Positions 1 through 9,533 of a DNA stretch of 64,000 nucleotides are shown here, piece by piece (within the stretch, counting starts at the first letter, position 1; each line of letters starts with the position of its first letter). The position numbers and the translations under genes are program-made. Source of the DNA: Bacillota bacterium (GTDB lineage: Bacteria; Bacillota; Clostridia; Christensenellales; UBA1431); the NCBI GenBank assembly GCA_049324235.1, contig JBMOLJ010000017.1, forward strand, positions 45,701-109,700, written 5' to 3'. Below the pieces are notes generated by a model. It was not told the origin of the DNA and made no database searches. It worked only from the letters and a program-made list of their open reading frames with translations.

Positions 1-2
1 TG

Positions 3-1718
3 GACCTTGCGGGCATGGTTGCGGGTACGAAATACCGCGGGGAGTTCGAGGAGCGGGTCAAGGCCGCGCTCGATGAGCTGAAAAAGGCGGGGAACGTCAT
101 ACTGTTCATTGACGAACTGCATACGATTATAGGCGCGGGGGCGACCGAGGGCGCCATGGACGCGGCCAATATTCTAAAGCCTGCGCTGGCGCGCGGGGAA
201 ATCCAGGTGATCGGCGCTACCACGATGGATGAGTACCGCAAGCATATTGAAAAGGACGCGGCGCTGGAGCGCAGGTTCCAGCCGGTTGCCATCGGGGAGC
301 CTTCCAAAGAGGAAACGCTGCATATCCTGGAGGGGCTTCGGGACAGGTACGAGGCGCATCATAAGGTGCGCATCACCGATGAAGCCCTGCGCGCGGCGGT
401 TGACCTGTCCGACCGCTATATCAGCGACAGGTTCCTCCCCGACAAAGCGATCGACCTCATGGACGAAGCGGCCTCCCGCGTGCGGATAAAGAGCCTTGTG
501 GCGCCGCCCGACATCAAAGAGCTTGAAACCAGGCTCGCCGCGCTTCGGAAAGAAAAAGAGGAGGCCATTGCAAACCAGAATTTCGAGCGCGCGGCATCGG
601 TGCGCGACGATGAGAGAGCCGTTTTGGATTCCATGAAACGGCTGCATGAGGAGTGGGAAGAGCGGTCCCGCCGGAGCGAAGTGACGGATGAGGATATCGC
701 GTCAATCGTGTCTTCGTGGACATCCATACCGGTGACCAGGCTCACCGAGGACGAATCGCAACGCCTGCTCAAGCTCGAAGAGGTGCTGCATGAGCGCGTA
801 ATCGGGCAGGATGAGGCGGTGGAAGCGATTTCGCGCGCGATCCGCAGATCGAGCGCCGGACTGAAGGACCCCAAGCGGCCGATAGGTTCGTTTATCTTTC
901 TCGGCCCGACCGGCGTGGGAAAGACGGAGCTGTCCAAAGCCTTGGCCGAGGCAATCTTCGGCGACGAAAACGCCATGGTGCGCATCGATATGTCCGAATA
1001 CATGGAAAAGCACACGGTATCGAGGCTGGTCGGATCGCCGCCCGGTTATGTCGGCTACGATGAGGGCGGGCAGCTTACGGAGAAAATACGCAGGCGCCCG
1101 TATTCCGTAATATTGTTTGACGAGATTGAAAAAGCGCATCCCGATGTATTCAATATTCTGCTGCAGGTCATGGAAGACGGCCGGCTCACAGATGCGAAGG
1201 GCCGGACGGTGGACTTCAAGAACACCGTGGTCATTATGACCTCGAATGTGGGGGCAAGCAACATTGGCAAGAAGCGTGCGATGGGCTTTGGAACCCAGGA
1301 CGAAAAAGCCGGATTCGCGAGCACGAAGGATATGCTGCTCGAAGAACTCAAGAGAACGTTTAAGCCAGAGTTCCTGAACCGTGTGGATGATATTATCGTG
1401 TTCCACCCGCTTGATGAGGAGCATACGCGCAGGATTGCGGGCCTGATGCTCAGGAACGTGGCAAAGCGCCTTCATGAGCGCGACATCCATATCACCATAT
1501 CGGATGCGGTGGTAGACTATCTGGCGAAGGAAGGGTTCGACCCGGTCTACGGGGCGCGCCCGCTCAGGAGAGCCATACAGCAGCGCGTGGAGGACGCGCT
1601 GTCCGAGGAACTGCTTGCGGGAAACGTGCAGATAGGCGACAAGATACTGGCTTATATGGAAGATGGCAAGCTGGCGTTTAAAAAGGAGCCTGCTTTGGAA
1701 GAGGAAAAAGTGAAATAA
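3..1718 (+). CDS. clpC: ClpC-type AAA+ chaperone / Clp protease ATPase subunit, 5'-truncated by the window edge
   Basis: The ORF is open to the window start in frame 3 (..[20 protein letters not shown]..). It has a short UVR-like linker [13 protein letters not shown] rather than a long ClpB M-domain. The second AAA+ module has Walker [10 protein letters not shown], Walker [11 protein letters not shown] and [10 protein letters not shown]. Confidence 0.9.
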   Translation, partial: DLAGMVAGTKYRGEFEERVKAALDELKKAGNVILFIDELHTIIGAGATEGAMDAANILKPALARGEIQVIGATTMDEYRKHIEKDAALERRFQPVAIGEPSKEETLHILEGLRDRYEAHHKVRITDEALRAAVDLSDRYISDRFLPDKAIDLMDEAASRVRIKSLVAPPDIKELETRLAALRKEKEEAIANQNFERAASVRDDERAVLDSMKRLHEEWEERSRRSEVTDEDIASIVSSWTSIPVTRLTEDESQRLLKLEEVLHERVIGQDEAVEAISRAIRRSSAGLKDPKRPIGSFIFLGPTGVGKTELSKALAEAIFGDENAMVRIDMSEYMEKHTVSRLVGSPPGYVGYDEGGQLTEKIRRRPYSVILFDEIEKAHPDVFNILLQVMEDGRLTDAKGRTVDFKNTVVIMTSNVGASNIGKKRAMGFGTQDEKAGFASTKDMLLEELKRTFKPEFLNRVDDIIVFHPLDEEHTRRIAGLMLRNVAKRLHERDIHITISDAVVDYLAKEGFDPVYGARPLRRAIQQRVEDALSEELLAGNVQIGDKILAYMEDGKLAFKKEPALEEEKVK

Positions 1719-1729
1719 CACAGCGGAAT

Positions 1730-1761
1730 AAAGGCATACCGGAACACCGGTATGCCTTTTG
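1730..1761 (+). terminator. Intrinsic terminator after clpC
   Basis: Hairpin aaaggcataccgg-aaca-ccggtatgccttt followed by T-rich ttgcg, 12 nt after the clpC stop. Confidence 0.8.
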
Positions 1762-1827
1762 CGTATGCAACACTCTTGCGGATGAGAAAAACTGTTGCCT
1801 GGCAGGCGGTTTGATTTGGCAAACGCG

Positions 1828-1857
1828 TTGACACGGAAGCGGCAACGCACGTACAAT
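1828..1857 (+). promoter_or_regulatory. Sigma-A-type promoter
   Basis: TTGACA (1828-1833), 18-nt spacer, TACAAT (1852-1857). A GGAAGGAG RBS and the ATG at 1889 lie downstream. Confidence 0.6.
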
Positions 1858-1888
1858 AGCAGGGGAAAAGGGGGAAGGAGCATACGGT

Positions 1889-2401
1889 ATGGAGAAAACA
1901 TCACGGGAAACCTGCTTGCATCCGGCAGGGAAGGACCGTCCGGCGGTGATGGTGCAAAAGGACCATCCTGAAATAGAATTCCGCGGGTGTATGGACACGC
2001 TGGACGCAGCTTTCCTCCTGACTGCTGTGCTGGCGCAAAAGGAAAACGACGAAGCAGTGGCCGGTGCCTTGTGGGAGATGCAGGCGTTTGCGCGCAGCAT
2101 CACGCGCGCGCACGCAACTATGACGCCGATGGAAATGACGGAGCTGATGCATCTTACGCCGGAAAGGATACACGTGCTTTCGCACAACCCTCCCGGCGGA
2201 TGGCTGCATATGGGAAAAGACACGACAGAGCTTATGGCGTACGTCAACCTTTTGCGCACGCAGGTGCGCACGGCGGAACGCGCTGCTGTGCGCGCGTTCC
2301 GCGGCCGCGACGACATCATCGGCGCGCTCAATATCCTCTCCAGCGCCGTGCATGTCCTGCTTTGCAGGATGCAAGCTGAGCAGAAAGGCATACAGGTATG
2401 A
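1889..2401 (+). CDS. PduO-type cob(I)alamin adenosyltransferase-like helical-bundle protein; lacks the usual N-terminal TGDxG segment
   Basis: By eye it matches the PduO-type pattern: RGCMDTLDAAFLL (yGtlDELn-like), LWEMQAFARSI, LRTQVRTAERAAV (aRtvcRRAEr-like), ALNILSSAVHVLLCR (ylNRLSDlLFvlaR-like). GGAAGGAG RBS. Confidence 0.45.
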   Translation: MEKTSRETCLHPAGKDRPAVMVQKDHPEIEFRGCMDTLDAAFLLTAVLAQKENDEAVAGALWEMQAFARSITRAHATMTPMEMTELMHLTPERIHVLSHNPPGGWLHMGKDTTELMAYVNLLRTQVRTAERAAVRAFRGRDDIIGALNILSSAVHVLLCRMQAEQKGIQV

Positions 2402-3210
2402 TTACGACGGGGGTATCCACGGCCAGCTTTTTCGGGAAGGTGTTTACGGAGGAAGCCGTTGAGCATATTGCAAAAATGGGCGCGCCGGTTTGCGAAGTGT
2501 TCCTGGATACGTTCAGCGAGTACGAGCAGGATTTCGTCTGCATGCTCAGGGAACGGACAGAGGCAAACGATCTTCGCGTGCAGTCGGTGCACGCCATGTC
2601 CACGCAGTTCGAGCCGCAGCTCTTTTCCATAAACACCCGCCAGCAAAGGGATGCGCGCGCCATGCTGGAAAAAGTCTTTCAGGCCGCGCGCACGCTTGGG
2701 GCACAAATGTATGTGTTCCACGGGCCGCCCGCTTTTAAGCGGACACTGAAGCTCCTTAACGACTATGCGCGCCTGGGCACGATCGTGTCCACGCTTTCGG
2801 ATCTGGCCGGGGAATACGGCCTGCGTTTTACATGGGAGAACGTGCACTGGTGCGCATACGGGCACGAGCATTTTGCCCACCGCCTGCTCGAGCATGTACA
2901 GAGCGAGAACCTGTATTTTACGCTGGACATCAAGCAGGCGGTGTTATCCGGTCACACGGTGGGCGAATACATCGAGGATATGGGAGAGAGGATTGCCAAC
3001 GTGCACCTGTGCGACTATTTTCGGGCGGAGGACGGGAACATCTACACATGCCTGCCGGGCAAGGGCGAACTCGATCTTTTGTGGTTAAAAGAAGCATTAA
3101 TACGCCGCGGATACGACGGATCGGTCATACTGGAAGTGTATTCGAGCAACTACCAGACATTTTCGCAATTACACGAAAGCTATAAAATGGTGCAGGAAGC
3201 ATTCAGGTAG
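2398..3210 (+). CDS. Sugar phosphate isomerase/epimerase, xylose-isomerase-like TIM barrel family
   Basis: 270 aa with the AP-endonuclease-2/xylose-isomerase-like pattern (VHA..., YVFHGP, FTWENV, ANVHLCD, ILEVY). Its ATG overlaps the upstream stop by 4 nt (ATGA). Confidence 0.75.
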   Translation: MITTGVSTASFFGKVFTEEAVEHIAKMGAPVCEVFLDTFSEYEQDFVCMLRERTEANDLRVQSVHAMSTQFEPQLFSINTRQQRDARAMLEKVFQAARTLGAQMYVFHGPPAFKRTLKLLNDYARLGTIVSTLSDLAGEYGLRFTWENVHWCAYGHEHFAHRLLEHVQSENLYFTLDIKQAVLSGHTVGEYIEDMGERIANVHLCDYFRAEDGNIYTCLPGKGELDLLWLKEALIRRGYDGSVILEVYSSNYQTFSQLHESYKMVQEAFR

Positions 3211-3215
3211 AATGC

Positions 3216-3743
3216 TTACGGGATGAACTTTTTGATCAGTTCGTTTACCCAGAGGCGCTGCGGGCCTTCTACAATGACGAAAGGCCGTTCGGCCGCCTGT
3301 TCGTCGGCCTTGAAAAGCAGGATGCGCGGACCCTGGCGGCGTTCGTTTTCCCAGATCTGCGTATGGAAAAGCACATAATCGGCATACCCTTCCTTATGGA
3401 TGATCAGCGTTATCTCGCCCCACGGCTTTTTGAGGATGTCTTTGAAATGCTCGTCTTCGAGGATGGGGACCCGTATTACCGGCGTTTTGCCGTCGGACAG
3501 TGTAGAATAACGTTTGTTTGTTTCCACCACGATGACCTCCGCCCCTTCGATTGGCTGCATGCTCATGCCGTCCAGTACTTCGGGGACGATGTCGCCGTAC
3601 GGAGGATAAACGACAGGGTCAGGATTGAAAACGGAAACTGTTTCGGGGGTAAGCAGCAGCGAAGCCGACAGGATGAGTATTACCACGCATAAACCGATGC
3701 GGAAAGAACGATACTTAAATAGGTTTTTGATGGATGAAAACAC
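3216..3743 (-). CDS. Hypothetical membrane-anchored protein
   Basis: The long ORF was trimmed to the GTG at 3743, which lies 8 nt after AAAGGGAG. An N-terminal hydrophobic anchor FRIGLCVVILILSASLLL is followed by a soluble domain. I recognised no family. Confidence 0.5.
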   Translation of the reverse strand: MFSSIKNLFKYRSFRIGLCVVILILSASLLLTPETVSVFNPDPVVYPPYGDIVPEVLDGMSMQPIEGAEVIVVETNKRYSTLSDGKTPVIRVPILEDEHFKDILKKPWGEITLIIHKEGYADYVLFHTQIWENERRQGPRILLFKADEQAAERPFVIVEGPQRLWVNELIKKFIP

Positions 3744-3914
3744 GCTGATCACTCCCTTTGGTATCCCTATACATTGATGTGTATGCGGAGGAAACGGATG
3801 CGCATGCATGGTATAATGGGTTATCATTCCATAAAATCCAGGATATGGCGAAAGGTGTGGACGGTCATGGGGAAAGGACGAAAGCAGGAAGGCCTGCGGT
3901 TTTGTTTTAATCAC

Positions 3915-5276
3915 ATGATGCAGGAAATGCTCCCGGAGCTGGGAGTATCGGAACAGGAAATCGCGGGACTGGCGGGCCGGATTGAGCGCGCAGCAAAGAA
4001 CATGGACGATAAACGCGGCGTAATGGCCTGGCGCGACCTGCCGTACAGCCAAAAGGACGTTGTGGAGGAGATAAAGAAAACCGCGCAATGGGCAAAAGAA
4101 AACTTTGATTATTTTGTTTTGCTGGGCATCGGCGGTTCCGCACTGGGGCCTCTGGCGGTACACCGCGCGCTGAATCCCGCATATTACAACGATATGGACG
4201 CAAGAAAGCGCGGCGGTCCTAAAATCTATATCGAGGACAACATAGACCCCGAGCGCATGCAGGCGCTGCTTGATGTGATAGACGCAGGGCGCACGCTGTT
4301 TTATGTGGTTTCCAAATCCGGGGCCACGTCCGAAACCATGGCACAGATGATGGTTATAACACAGCTTTTACATGCGCTGTATCCCGAAGGAACGGGCGGG
4401 CACGTCATTATGGCGACGGACGCCAAAAAGGGGAATCTGAACATCATCGCAAAGCGTGAGGGGAACAGGACTTTCGTCATCCCCGAAGGCGTGGGCGGAC
4501 GCTTTTCCGAGCTTTGTCCCGTCGGGCTGCTGCCCGCGGCAATAGGCGGTATTGATATAGAAGCCCTTTTGGAAGGCGCGGCGCAGATGGACGCGCGCTG
4601 CACCACGCATGATGTTTGGAAAAACCCGGCGTATCTGGGGGCCGTGCTGCAGCTGCTGTACATGCGGAAAGGGCGCAACATCTCGGTGATGATGCCCTAT
4701 ATAGACGCGCTGAAATACGTCGCCGACTGGTACGCGCAGCTCTGGGCCGAATCGCTGGGCAAACGGGTCGACCTTGACGGGCGCGAGGTGTTCGCGGGAC
4801 AGACGCCGGTAAAGGCGTTAGGCGTGACAGACCAGCATTCGCAGCTGCAGCTCTATACCGAAGGCCCGCAGGATAAGGTGGTCACTTTCATCGGCACGGA
4901 CGCATACCGCAACGACGTATACATCCCTAACGCCTATCCCGATATCGATGGGATAAGCTTTTTGGGCGGGCACACGCTGGGTGAGCTGATCAAAGCCGAG
5001 CAGGCGTCCACGGAATATGCACTGTGGAAAGCAGGCCGCCCGAGCCAGACGATATGGCTGCCCGAGATCAGCGCGAATACGATCGGCCAGCTGTTGTATT
5101 ATTTCGAGGTGCAAACGGCGTTTGCGGGAGAACTGCTGAACATCGACGCGTTCAACCAGCCGGGGGTCGAGGAAGGGAAGAACGCGACATATGCAATGCT
5201 CGGAAAACCAGGATATGAAGAAAAGAAGGCCGAGCTCAATAAGCGCAAAACACTAAACCAAAAGTACGTTTTATAA
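3915..5276 (+). CDS. pgi: Glucose-6-phosphate isomerase
   Basis: Firmicute-type PGI motifs: LLGIGGSALGP, VVSKSGATSET, IPEGVGGRFS, LWAESLGK and the C-terminal NQPGVEEGKNATYAMLGKPGYEEKKAEL. I chose the ATG at 3915; an alternative ATG is at 3867. The track ORF starting at 3774 is an upstream extension. Confidence 0.9.
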   Translation: MMQEMLPELGVSEQEIAGLAGRIERAAKNMDDKRGVMAWRDLPYSQKDVVEEIKKTAQWAKENFDYFVLLGIGGSALGPLAVHRALNPAYYNDMDARKRGGPKIYIEDNIDPERMQALLDVIDAGRTLFYVVSKSGATSETMAQMMVITQLLHALYPEGTGGHVIMATDAKKGNLNIIAKREGNRTFVIPEGVGGRFSELCPVGLLPAAIGGIDIEALLEGAAQMDARCTTHDVWKNPAYLGAVLQLLYMRKGRNISVMMPYIDALKYVADWYAQLWAESLGKRVDLDGREVFAGQTPVKALGVTDQHSQLQLYTEGPQDKVVTFIGTDAYRNDVYIPNAYPDIDGISFLGGHTLGELIKAEQASTEYALWKAGRPSQTIWLPEISANTIGQLLYYFEVQTAFAGELLNIDAFNQPGVEEGKNATYAMLGKPGYEEKKAELNKRKTLNQKYVL

Positions 5277-5297
5277 AAAGTTGAAAGCAGGCGTACA

Positions 5298-5879
5298 ATG
5301 AGCAATTTTTTCGCGTACCTGTCTAAAATGAAATATATACGGCGCTGGGGGCTGATGCGCAACACCCGAGATGAGAACATCCAGGAGCACAGCCTGCAGG
5401 TGGCCATGATAGCGCACGCGCTGGCTAAAATAAAGAATACGCTTTTCGGCGGGGACGTGGATGTATGCCGCGTATTGGAGCTCGCGGTCTTCCATGAGGC
5501 GGGCGAGGTCATCACCGGCGACCTGGTGACGCCCATCAAATACTATAACGTGGAAATCAAAAAAGCGTATAAGGAAATAGAGGACGTAGCCAATAAAAAG
5601 CTGCTGGACATGCTCCCCGGGACGCTCAAAACGGTATACGCGCCGCTGCTGTCGCAGGACAGGCTGCAGTCCGGGCAGGAATGGCGCATCGTGAAGCAGG
5701 CCGACAGGATATGCGCTTACCTCAAATGCGTGGAGGAACTGAAAACGGGGAACAGCGAATTCCAGCGCGCGAAGGAAAAGATAAAAGCAGACATTGACGC
5801 AATGGACGCGCCTGAAGTGAAGTATTTCATGCGCGAGTTTGCCCCGGCGTTTGATCTGACGCTGGATGAACTGAACTGA
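5298..5879 (+). CDS. HD-domain 5'-deoxynucleotidase, YfbR-like
   Basis: MKYIRRWGLMRNTRDENIQEHSLQVAMIAH and FHEAGEVITGDL are typical HD-phosphohydrolase YfbR-family motifs. Confidence 0.8.
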   Translation: MSNFFAYLSKMKYIRRWGLMRNTRDENIQEHSLQVAMIAHALAKIKNTLFGGDVDVCRVLELAVFHEAGEVITGDLVTPIKYYNVEIKKAYKEIEDVANKKLLDMLPGTLKTVYAPLLSQDRLQSGQEWRIVKQADRICAYLKCVEELKTGNSEFQRAKEKIKADIDAMDAPEVKYFMREFAPAFDLTLDELN

Positions 5880-5883
5880 TAAA

Positions 5884-5909
5884 AAGGCCCGGAGTTTTCT
5901 CCGGGCCTT
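5884..5909. terminator. Bidirectional intrinsic terminator between convergent genes
   Basis: Hairpin aaggcccggag-tttt-ctccgggcctt, flanked by an A-run on one side and T on the other. Confidence 0.7.
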
Positions 5910-5923
5910 GTACGTGCGCATTG

Positions 5924-6427
5924 CTATTCAATAAGTTCCCCGTAATCCAAACCATTCTCTTCTTCCAACTCCTTAACCAGCAGCGCGCGGACATAGCCGC
6001 GGTCAGTGGTGGTTGAATAGATGAAGAAACCCTGGCCGTAATAGAACCGAACAAGGCTGAACAAGCGCGAGGACGAATGCAGCAGGATCGCTTTGAGGCC
6101 TAGCGCGCGGCATCTTTTTTCCACTTCCTTTATGAGCGCGCGCCCCACGCCGCATCCCTGGGCCATGAGCTTGACGCCGAAACGGGAGATGTATGCAAAC
6201 CCGTCGAACACCTGAAAGCGTACGGAGCCGGCCGGTTCACCGTCCAAATAAGCGATAAGGACGGTTTTTTTCGCCATGTCCCGCAGGATATCCTCTTTTG
6301 TCTCTTTAAGCGCTGCCACCTGCGGCGATTCGATTGCGGACGCGTATTTTTTGAACGCTTCCTGCGTGATGTCAAAAACAATGCCGGCGTCCGCGGGGGC
6401 AGCCTCGCGGATGGTTAAATGCTTCAT
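5924..6427 (-). CDS. GNAT-family N-acetyltransferase
   Basis: 167 aa with the acetyl-CoA-binding motif QGCGVGRALI. AGGTGG RBS. Confidence 0.8.
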   Translation of the reverse strand: MKHLTIREAAPADAGIVFDITQEAFKKYASAIESPQVAALKETKEDILRDMAKKTVLIAYLDGEPAGSVRFQVFDGFAYISRFGVKLMAQGCGVGRALIKEVEKRCRALGLKAILLHSSSRLFSLVRFYYGQGFFIYSTTTDRGYVRALLVKELEEENGLDYGELIE

Positions 6428-6437
6428 TTGCCGCCAC

Positions 6438-7394
6438 CTATTTCATGAGGATTGCCATGACCGCTTTCTGGGCGTGCAGGCGGTTTTCCGCCTCCTCAAA
6501 TACGACAGATTGCGGCCCGTACATCACCTCGGCGGTGACCTCCTCGCCGACATGGGCGGGCAGGCAATGCATGAATATGGCGTTTTCACGGGCGATCTTC
6601 ATGAGCGCAGCGTTTACCTGATAAGGCTCGAAGAACGCTTTGCGCTCCTGCGCCTCACTTTCCTGGCCCATGCTCGCCCACACGTCGGTATATACCGCGT
6701 CCGCATCACGCGCGGCTTCCTTCGCATCGGTAGTGATCTCAACGGAGCAGCCTGTCTTTTTGGCGTTTATCTTCGCGAATTCCTGTATGAGTTTGTCCGG
6801 GGCGTAGCCTTCGGGGTGGGCAACAGAAATACTGACGCCCAGCTTGGTGCATGCGATCATCAGCGAGTGGCAGACATTGTTGCCGTCGCCGATGAAGGCC
6901 ATCTTCAGACCCTTGAGCATGGCTTTGTTTTCATAAAGAGTAAGCAGGTCCCCCAGCGCCTGGCAGGGATGGTACGCGTCGGTCAGTCCGTTGATGACGG
7001 GTACGCGGCTGTATTTGGCAAGTTCCACCACGTCCTGCTGGGAGAACGTGCGAATCATGATTCCGTCGACCATGCGCGAGATGGTCTCGGCCGTGTCCTG
7101 TATACTCTCGCCCCGCCCAAGCTGTATATCGCCTGTATTCAGATACAGGCCCATGCCGCCAAGCTGGAATATGCCGGTTTCGAAGGACACGCGGGTGCGC
7201 GTGGAGGATTTTGCAAAGATCATAGCAAGCGTTTTGCCCTCCAGCAGCTTGTGCGGTATGCCTTCCTTCTGCTTCTTTTTCAGATCGAGGGCGAGTGCCA
7301 GGATCTGAAGGATTTCGTCTTCCGTATATTCCTGCAGGCACAAGAGGTGCTTGGAAGAAAAGGGCGCTTTTGCGGTGTACTGTTCCAGGATCAT
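6438..7394 (-). CDS. argF: Ornithine carbamoyltransferase
   Basis: Motifs STRTRVSFE, HPCQALGD and HCLPAH. I set the start at the ATG at 7394 (MILEQY..), directly after the argD stop. The track ORF extends further upstream. Confidence 0.92.
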   Translation of the reverse strand: MILEQYTAKAPFSSKHLLCLQEYTEDEILQILALALDLKKKQKEGIPHKLLEGKTLAMIFAKSSTRTRVSFETGIFQLGGMGLYLNTGDIQLGRGESIQDTAETISRMVDGIMIRTFSQQDVVELAKYSRVPVINGLTDAYHPCQALGDLLTLYENKAMLKGLKMAFIGDGNNVCHSLMIACTKLGVSISVAHPEGYAPDKLIQEFAKINAKKTGCSVEITTDAKEAARDADAVYTDVWASMGQESEAQERKAFFEPYQVNAALMKIARENAIFMHCLPAHVGEEVTAEVMYGPQSVVFEEAENRLHAQKAVMAILMK

Positions 7395-8626
7395 AGGGGT
7401 ACCTCCTTTGGGTTCTGAGGCGTTGATACGCTCAAAAAAATGGAATCCAGGCATTTGATCAATGCGTCGACATGCTTATGCTGAATGATGAGCGGGGGGA
7501 GGAAGCGCAGCGTATTGTTTGCGGCCATGCCGATAACGAAGCCCTTTTTCAGCGCTTTCGCTGCAATATCGTGCGCTGCGACGGATTCGACAAGCTGCAT
7601 GCCGAGCATGAGACCCATGCCGCGCACATCCTTGATGAGGGCGGGATAAGCTTCCTTGAGTTTCTGCAGCGCCTGTTTGAAGTATGCGCCCGTCTCCACC
7701 GTATGCTCCATAATATTTGTATTCATAAGTTCATACAGCACGGCAAGCCCGGCTGTACAGGCAAGTGGATTGCCGCCGAAGGTCGAACCGTGGTCGCCGG
7801 GCTTGAACGCATTCGCCACTTCCTGCTTGGCTAAGAACGCGCCGATGGGAATGCCATTGCCAAGAGCCTTCGCAAGCGTGAAGATGTCAGGCTCGATCCC
7901 GAAATGCTCGTAGCTGAAGAGCTTGCCGGTGCGGCCCATGCCCGTCTGCACCTCGTCGAGTATCAGAAGCAGGCCGTGGCTTTTGCAGATCTCCTGTAGG
8001 GCTACAAGGTATTCCCTGGAGCATTCGATTACGCCGCCCTCGCCCTGTATGGTCTCGACCATGACCGCGCAGGTCTTTTCATTGATGGCGGCTTCCACGG
8101 CTGCGGCGTCGTTGTAGGGCACGTTAACAAAGGAAGGCGGCATCGGCTCAAAGGGAATGTGGTATTTTTCCTGTCCGGTCGCCGCCAGCGTCGCCAGTGT
8201 GCGGCCGTGGAAGGACTGCTTTGCGGTGATGATCTCGTAGCGCTTTTCGCCTTTATCGAAAAAGTATTTGCGCGCAAGCTTGATGGCGCCCTCGTTTGCT
8301 TCCGCGCCCGAGTTCGTGAAAAAGACACGGTCGGCGCAGCTGTGGGACACGAGCGCCTGCGCCAGCCTGGCCTGCGGCTCAATATAATACAGACTGGATG
8401 TATGGACGAGTTTCTCCACCTGCTCCTGTACAGCGGCTGTGAAGCGCGGATGCGCATACCCTAAAACGTTGACCGCGATACCCGCAAAAAAATCGATATA
8501 AGGCTTGCCCTCGGTATCGAAAAGCGTGCAGCCGTCGCCGGAGTCGAACGCGACCGAGAAGCGCGGCCCGAAGGTGTTCATGAAATACTTTGCGTCCAGT
8601 TCTTTTATTTGCTGCAGATCTTTCAT
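7391..8626 (-). CDS. argD: Acetylornithine aminotransferase (class III PLP)
   Basis: Motifs FFTNSGAEANEGAIKLARK, ILDEVQTGMGRTGK and TLAKALGNG (PLP lysine). GAAAGGA RBS. Confidence 0.9.
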   Translation of the reverse strand: MKDLQQIKELDAKYFMNTFGPRFSVAFDSGDGCTLFDTEGKPYIDFFAGIAVNVLGYAHPRFTAAVQEQVEKLVHTSSLYYIEPQARLAQALVSHSCADRVFFTNSGAEANEGAIKLARKYFFDKGEKRYEIITAKQSFHGRTLATLAATGQEKYHIPFEPMPPSFVNVPYNDAAAVEAAINEKTCAVMVETIQGEGGVIECSREYLVALQEICKSHGLLLILDEVQTGMGRTGKLFSYEHFGIEPDIFTLAKALGNGIPIGAFLAKQEVANAFKPGDHGSTFGGNPLACTAGLAVLYELMNTNIMEHTVETGAYFKQALQKLKEAYPALIKDVRGMGLMLGMQLVESVAAHDIAAKALKKGFVIGMAANNTLRFLPPLIIQHKHVDALIKCLDSIFLSVSTPQNPKEVPL

Positions 8627-8640
8627 TGCCAGAATCCTTT

Positions 8641-9513
8641 CTAATCCTTGGTGACCATCGTGCCGATGCCCTTGTCGGTGAATATTTCCAGCACGATGGG
8701 GTGCGGTATTGTGCCGTTGAGGATATGCGTGCGGTTGACGCCTTTTTTGAGCGCCTGTACGCAGCCGAGCACCTTTGGGATCATACCGCCTTCGATCATG
8801 CCAGAATCGATCGCGCTGTATATCTCGCTGACGGAGATCACTGGAATCAGCGTGGAAGGGTCGTCGCGCTCAGTGCGTATCCCGTCGATGTCGGTAAGAA
8901 ATATGAGCTTTTCCGCGTGCAGCGCCGCGGCCAGTTCGCCTGCGACGGTATCCGCGTTGATGTTATAGCTCTCTCCGTTTTCATCTACGCCGATTGGTGC
9001 GATGACGGGGATGAATTCATCGTCGGTAAGCAGCTTGATTACATTCGTGTTGATGCTTTCGATATTGCCCACGAAGCCAAGATCCTCACCGTCCATCAGC
9101 GGCGCCTTCGTGCAGCGGATCAGGTTTGCGTCGATCCCGCAAAGGCCGATGGCCCTGCCGCCCATCGCGTTGAGGCTTGCCACGATATCCTTGTTGATCT
9201 TGCCGGTTAAAACCATCTGCACAGCCTCCATGGTCTGGGCGTCGGTGATTCGCAACCCGTTATGGAAGCGCGTGGGTATATCGAGGCGCTTTAAAAGCGT
9301 GTTGATCTCCGGTCCGCCGCCGTGTACCACGATGGGGTTGACGCCGACATATTTCAAAAGCGTGATATCCTGCATAATCGTTTTCGTGATATGGTCTTCG
9401 AGCATGGCGTTGCCGCCGTACTTGATGACGACGGTCTTTCCGCTCAGAACCTGTATATAGGGCAGCGCCTCCAGCAGGACATTGGCGTTGTTGATCATTG
9501 CATCCATATTCAT
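8641..9513 (-). CDS. argB: Acetylglutamate kinase
   Basis: Motifs VIKYGGNAM, VVHGGGPEI and NINADTVAGELA. AAAGGAG RBS. Confidence 0.92.
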   Translation of the reverse strand: MNMDAMINNANVLLEALPYIQVLSGKTVVIKYGGNAMLEDHITKTIMQDITLLKYVGVNPIVVHGGGPEINTLLKRLDIPTRFHNGLRITDAQTMEAVQMVLTGKINKDIVASLNAMGGRAIGLCGIDANLIRCTKAPLMDGEDLGFVGNIESINTNVIKLLTDDEFIPVIAPIGVDENGESYNINADTVAGELAAALHAEKLIFLTDIDGIRTERDDPSTLIPVISVSEIYSAIDSGMIEGGMIPKVLGCVQALKKGVNRTHILNGTIPHPIVLEIFTDKGIGTMVTKD

Positions 9514-9533
9514 GGTATTGCTCCTTTCCGGCT

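Noticed and set aside
702-2895. Long minus-strand ORFs at 702-1904 and 1678-2895 opposite clpC and the downstream genes. The track also contains many other 60-290-aa antisense or out-of-frame ORFs, for example 62102-62977, 62409-63242, 55599-56326, 20..., 26573-27370 and 35685-36566.
   Set aside because: All of them overlap strongly supported genes on the other strand or in another frame. They lack RBSs and give low-complexity translations. I treat them as non-coding.
3774-3914. Upstream extensions of track ORFs. Affected genes are pgi (from 3774), argF (to 7454), argC (to 10772), proS (from 11095), the DAO subunit (from 40589), rmuC (from 47791), the SBP (to 54190), CoA-transferase A (from 55022) and htpG (from 17666).
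   Set aside because: The extensions translate to junk-like sequence, overlap neighbouring genes or promoters, and lack RBSs. In each case an internal start codon has a well-spaced GGAGG-type RBS and gives the family-typical N-terminus.
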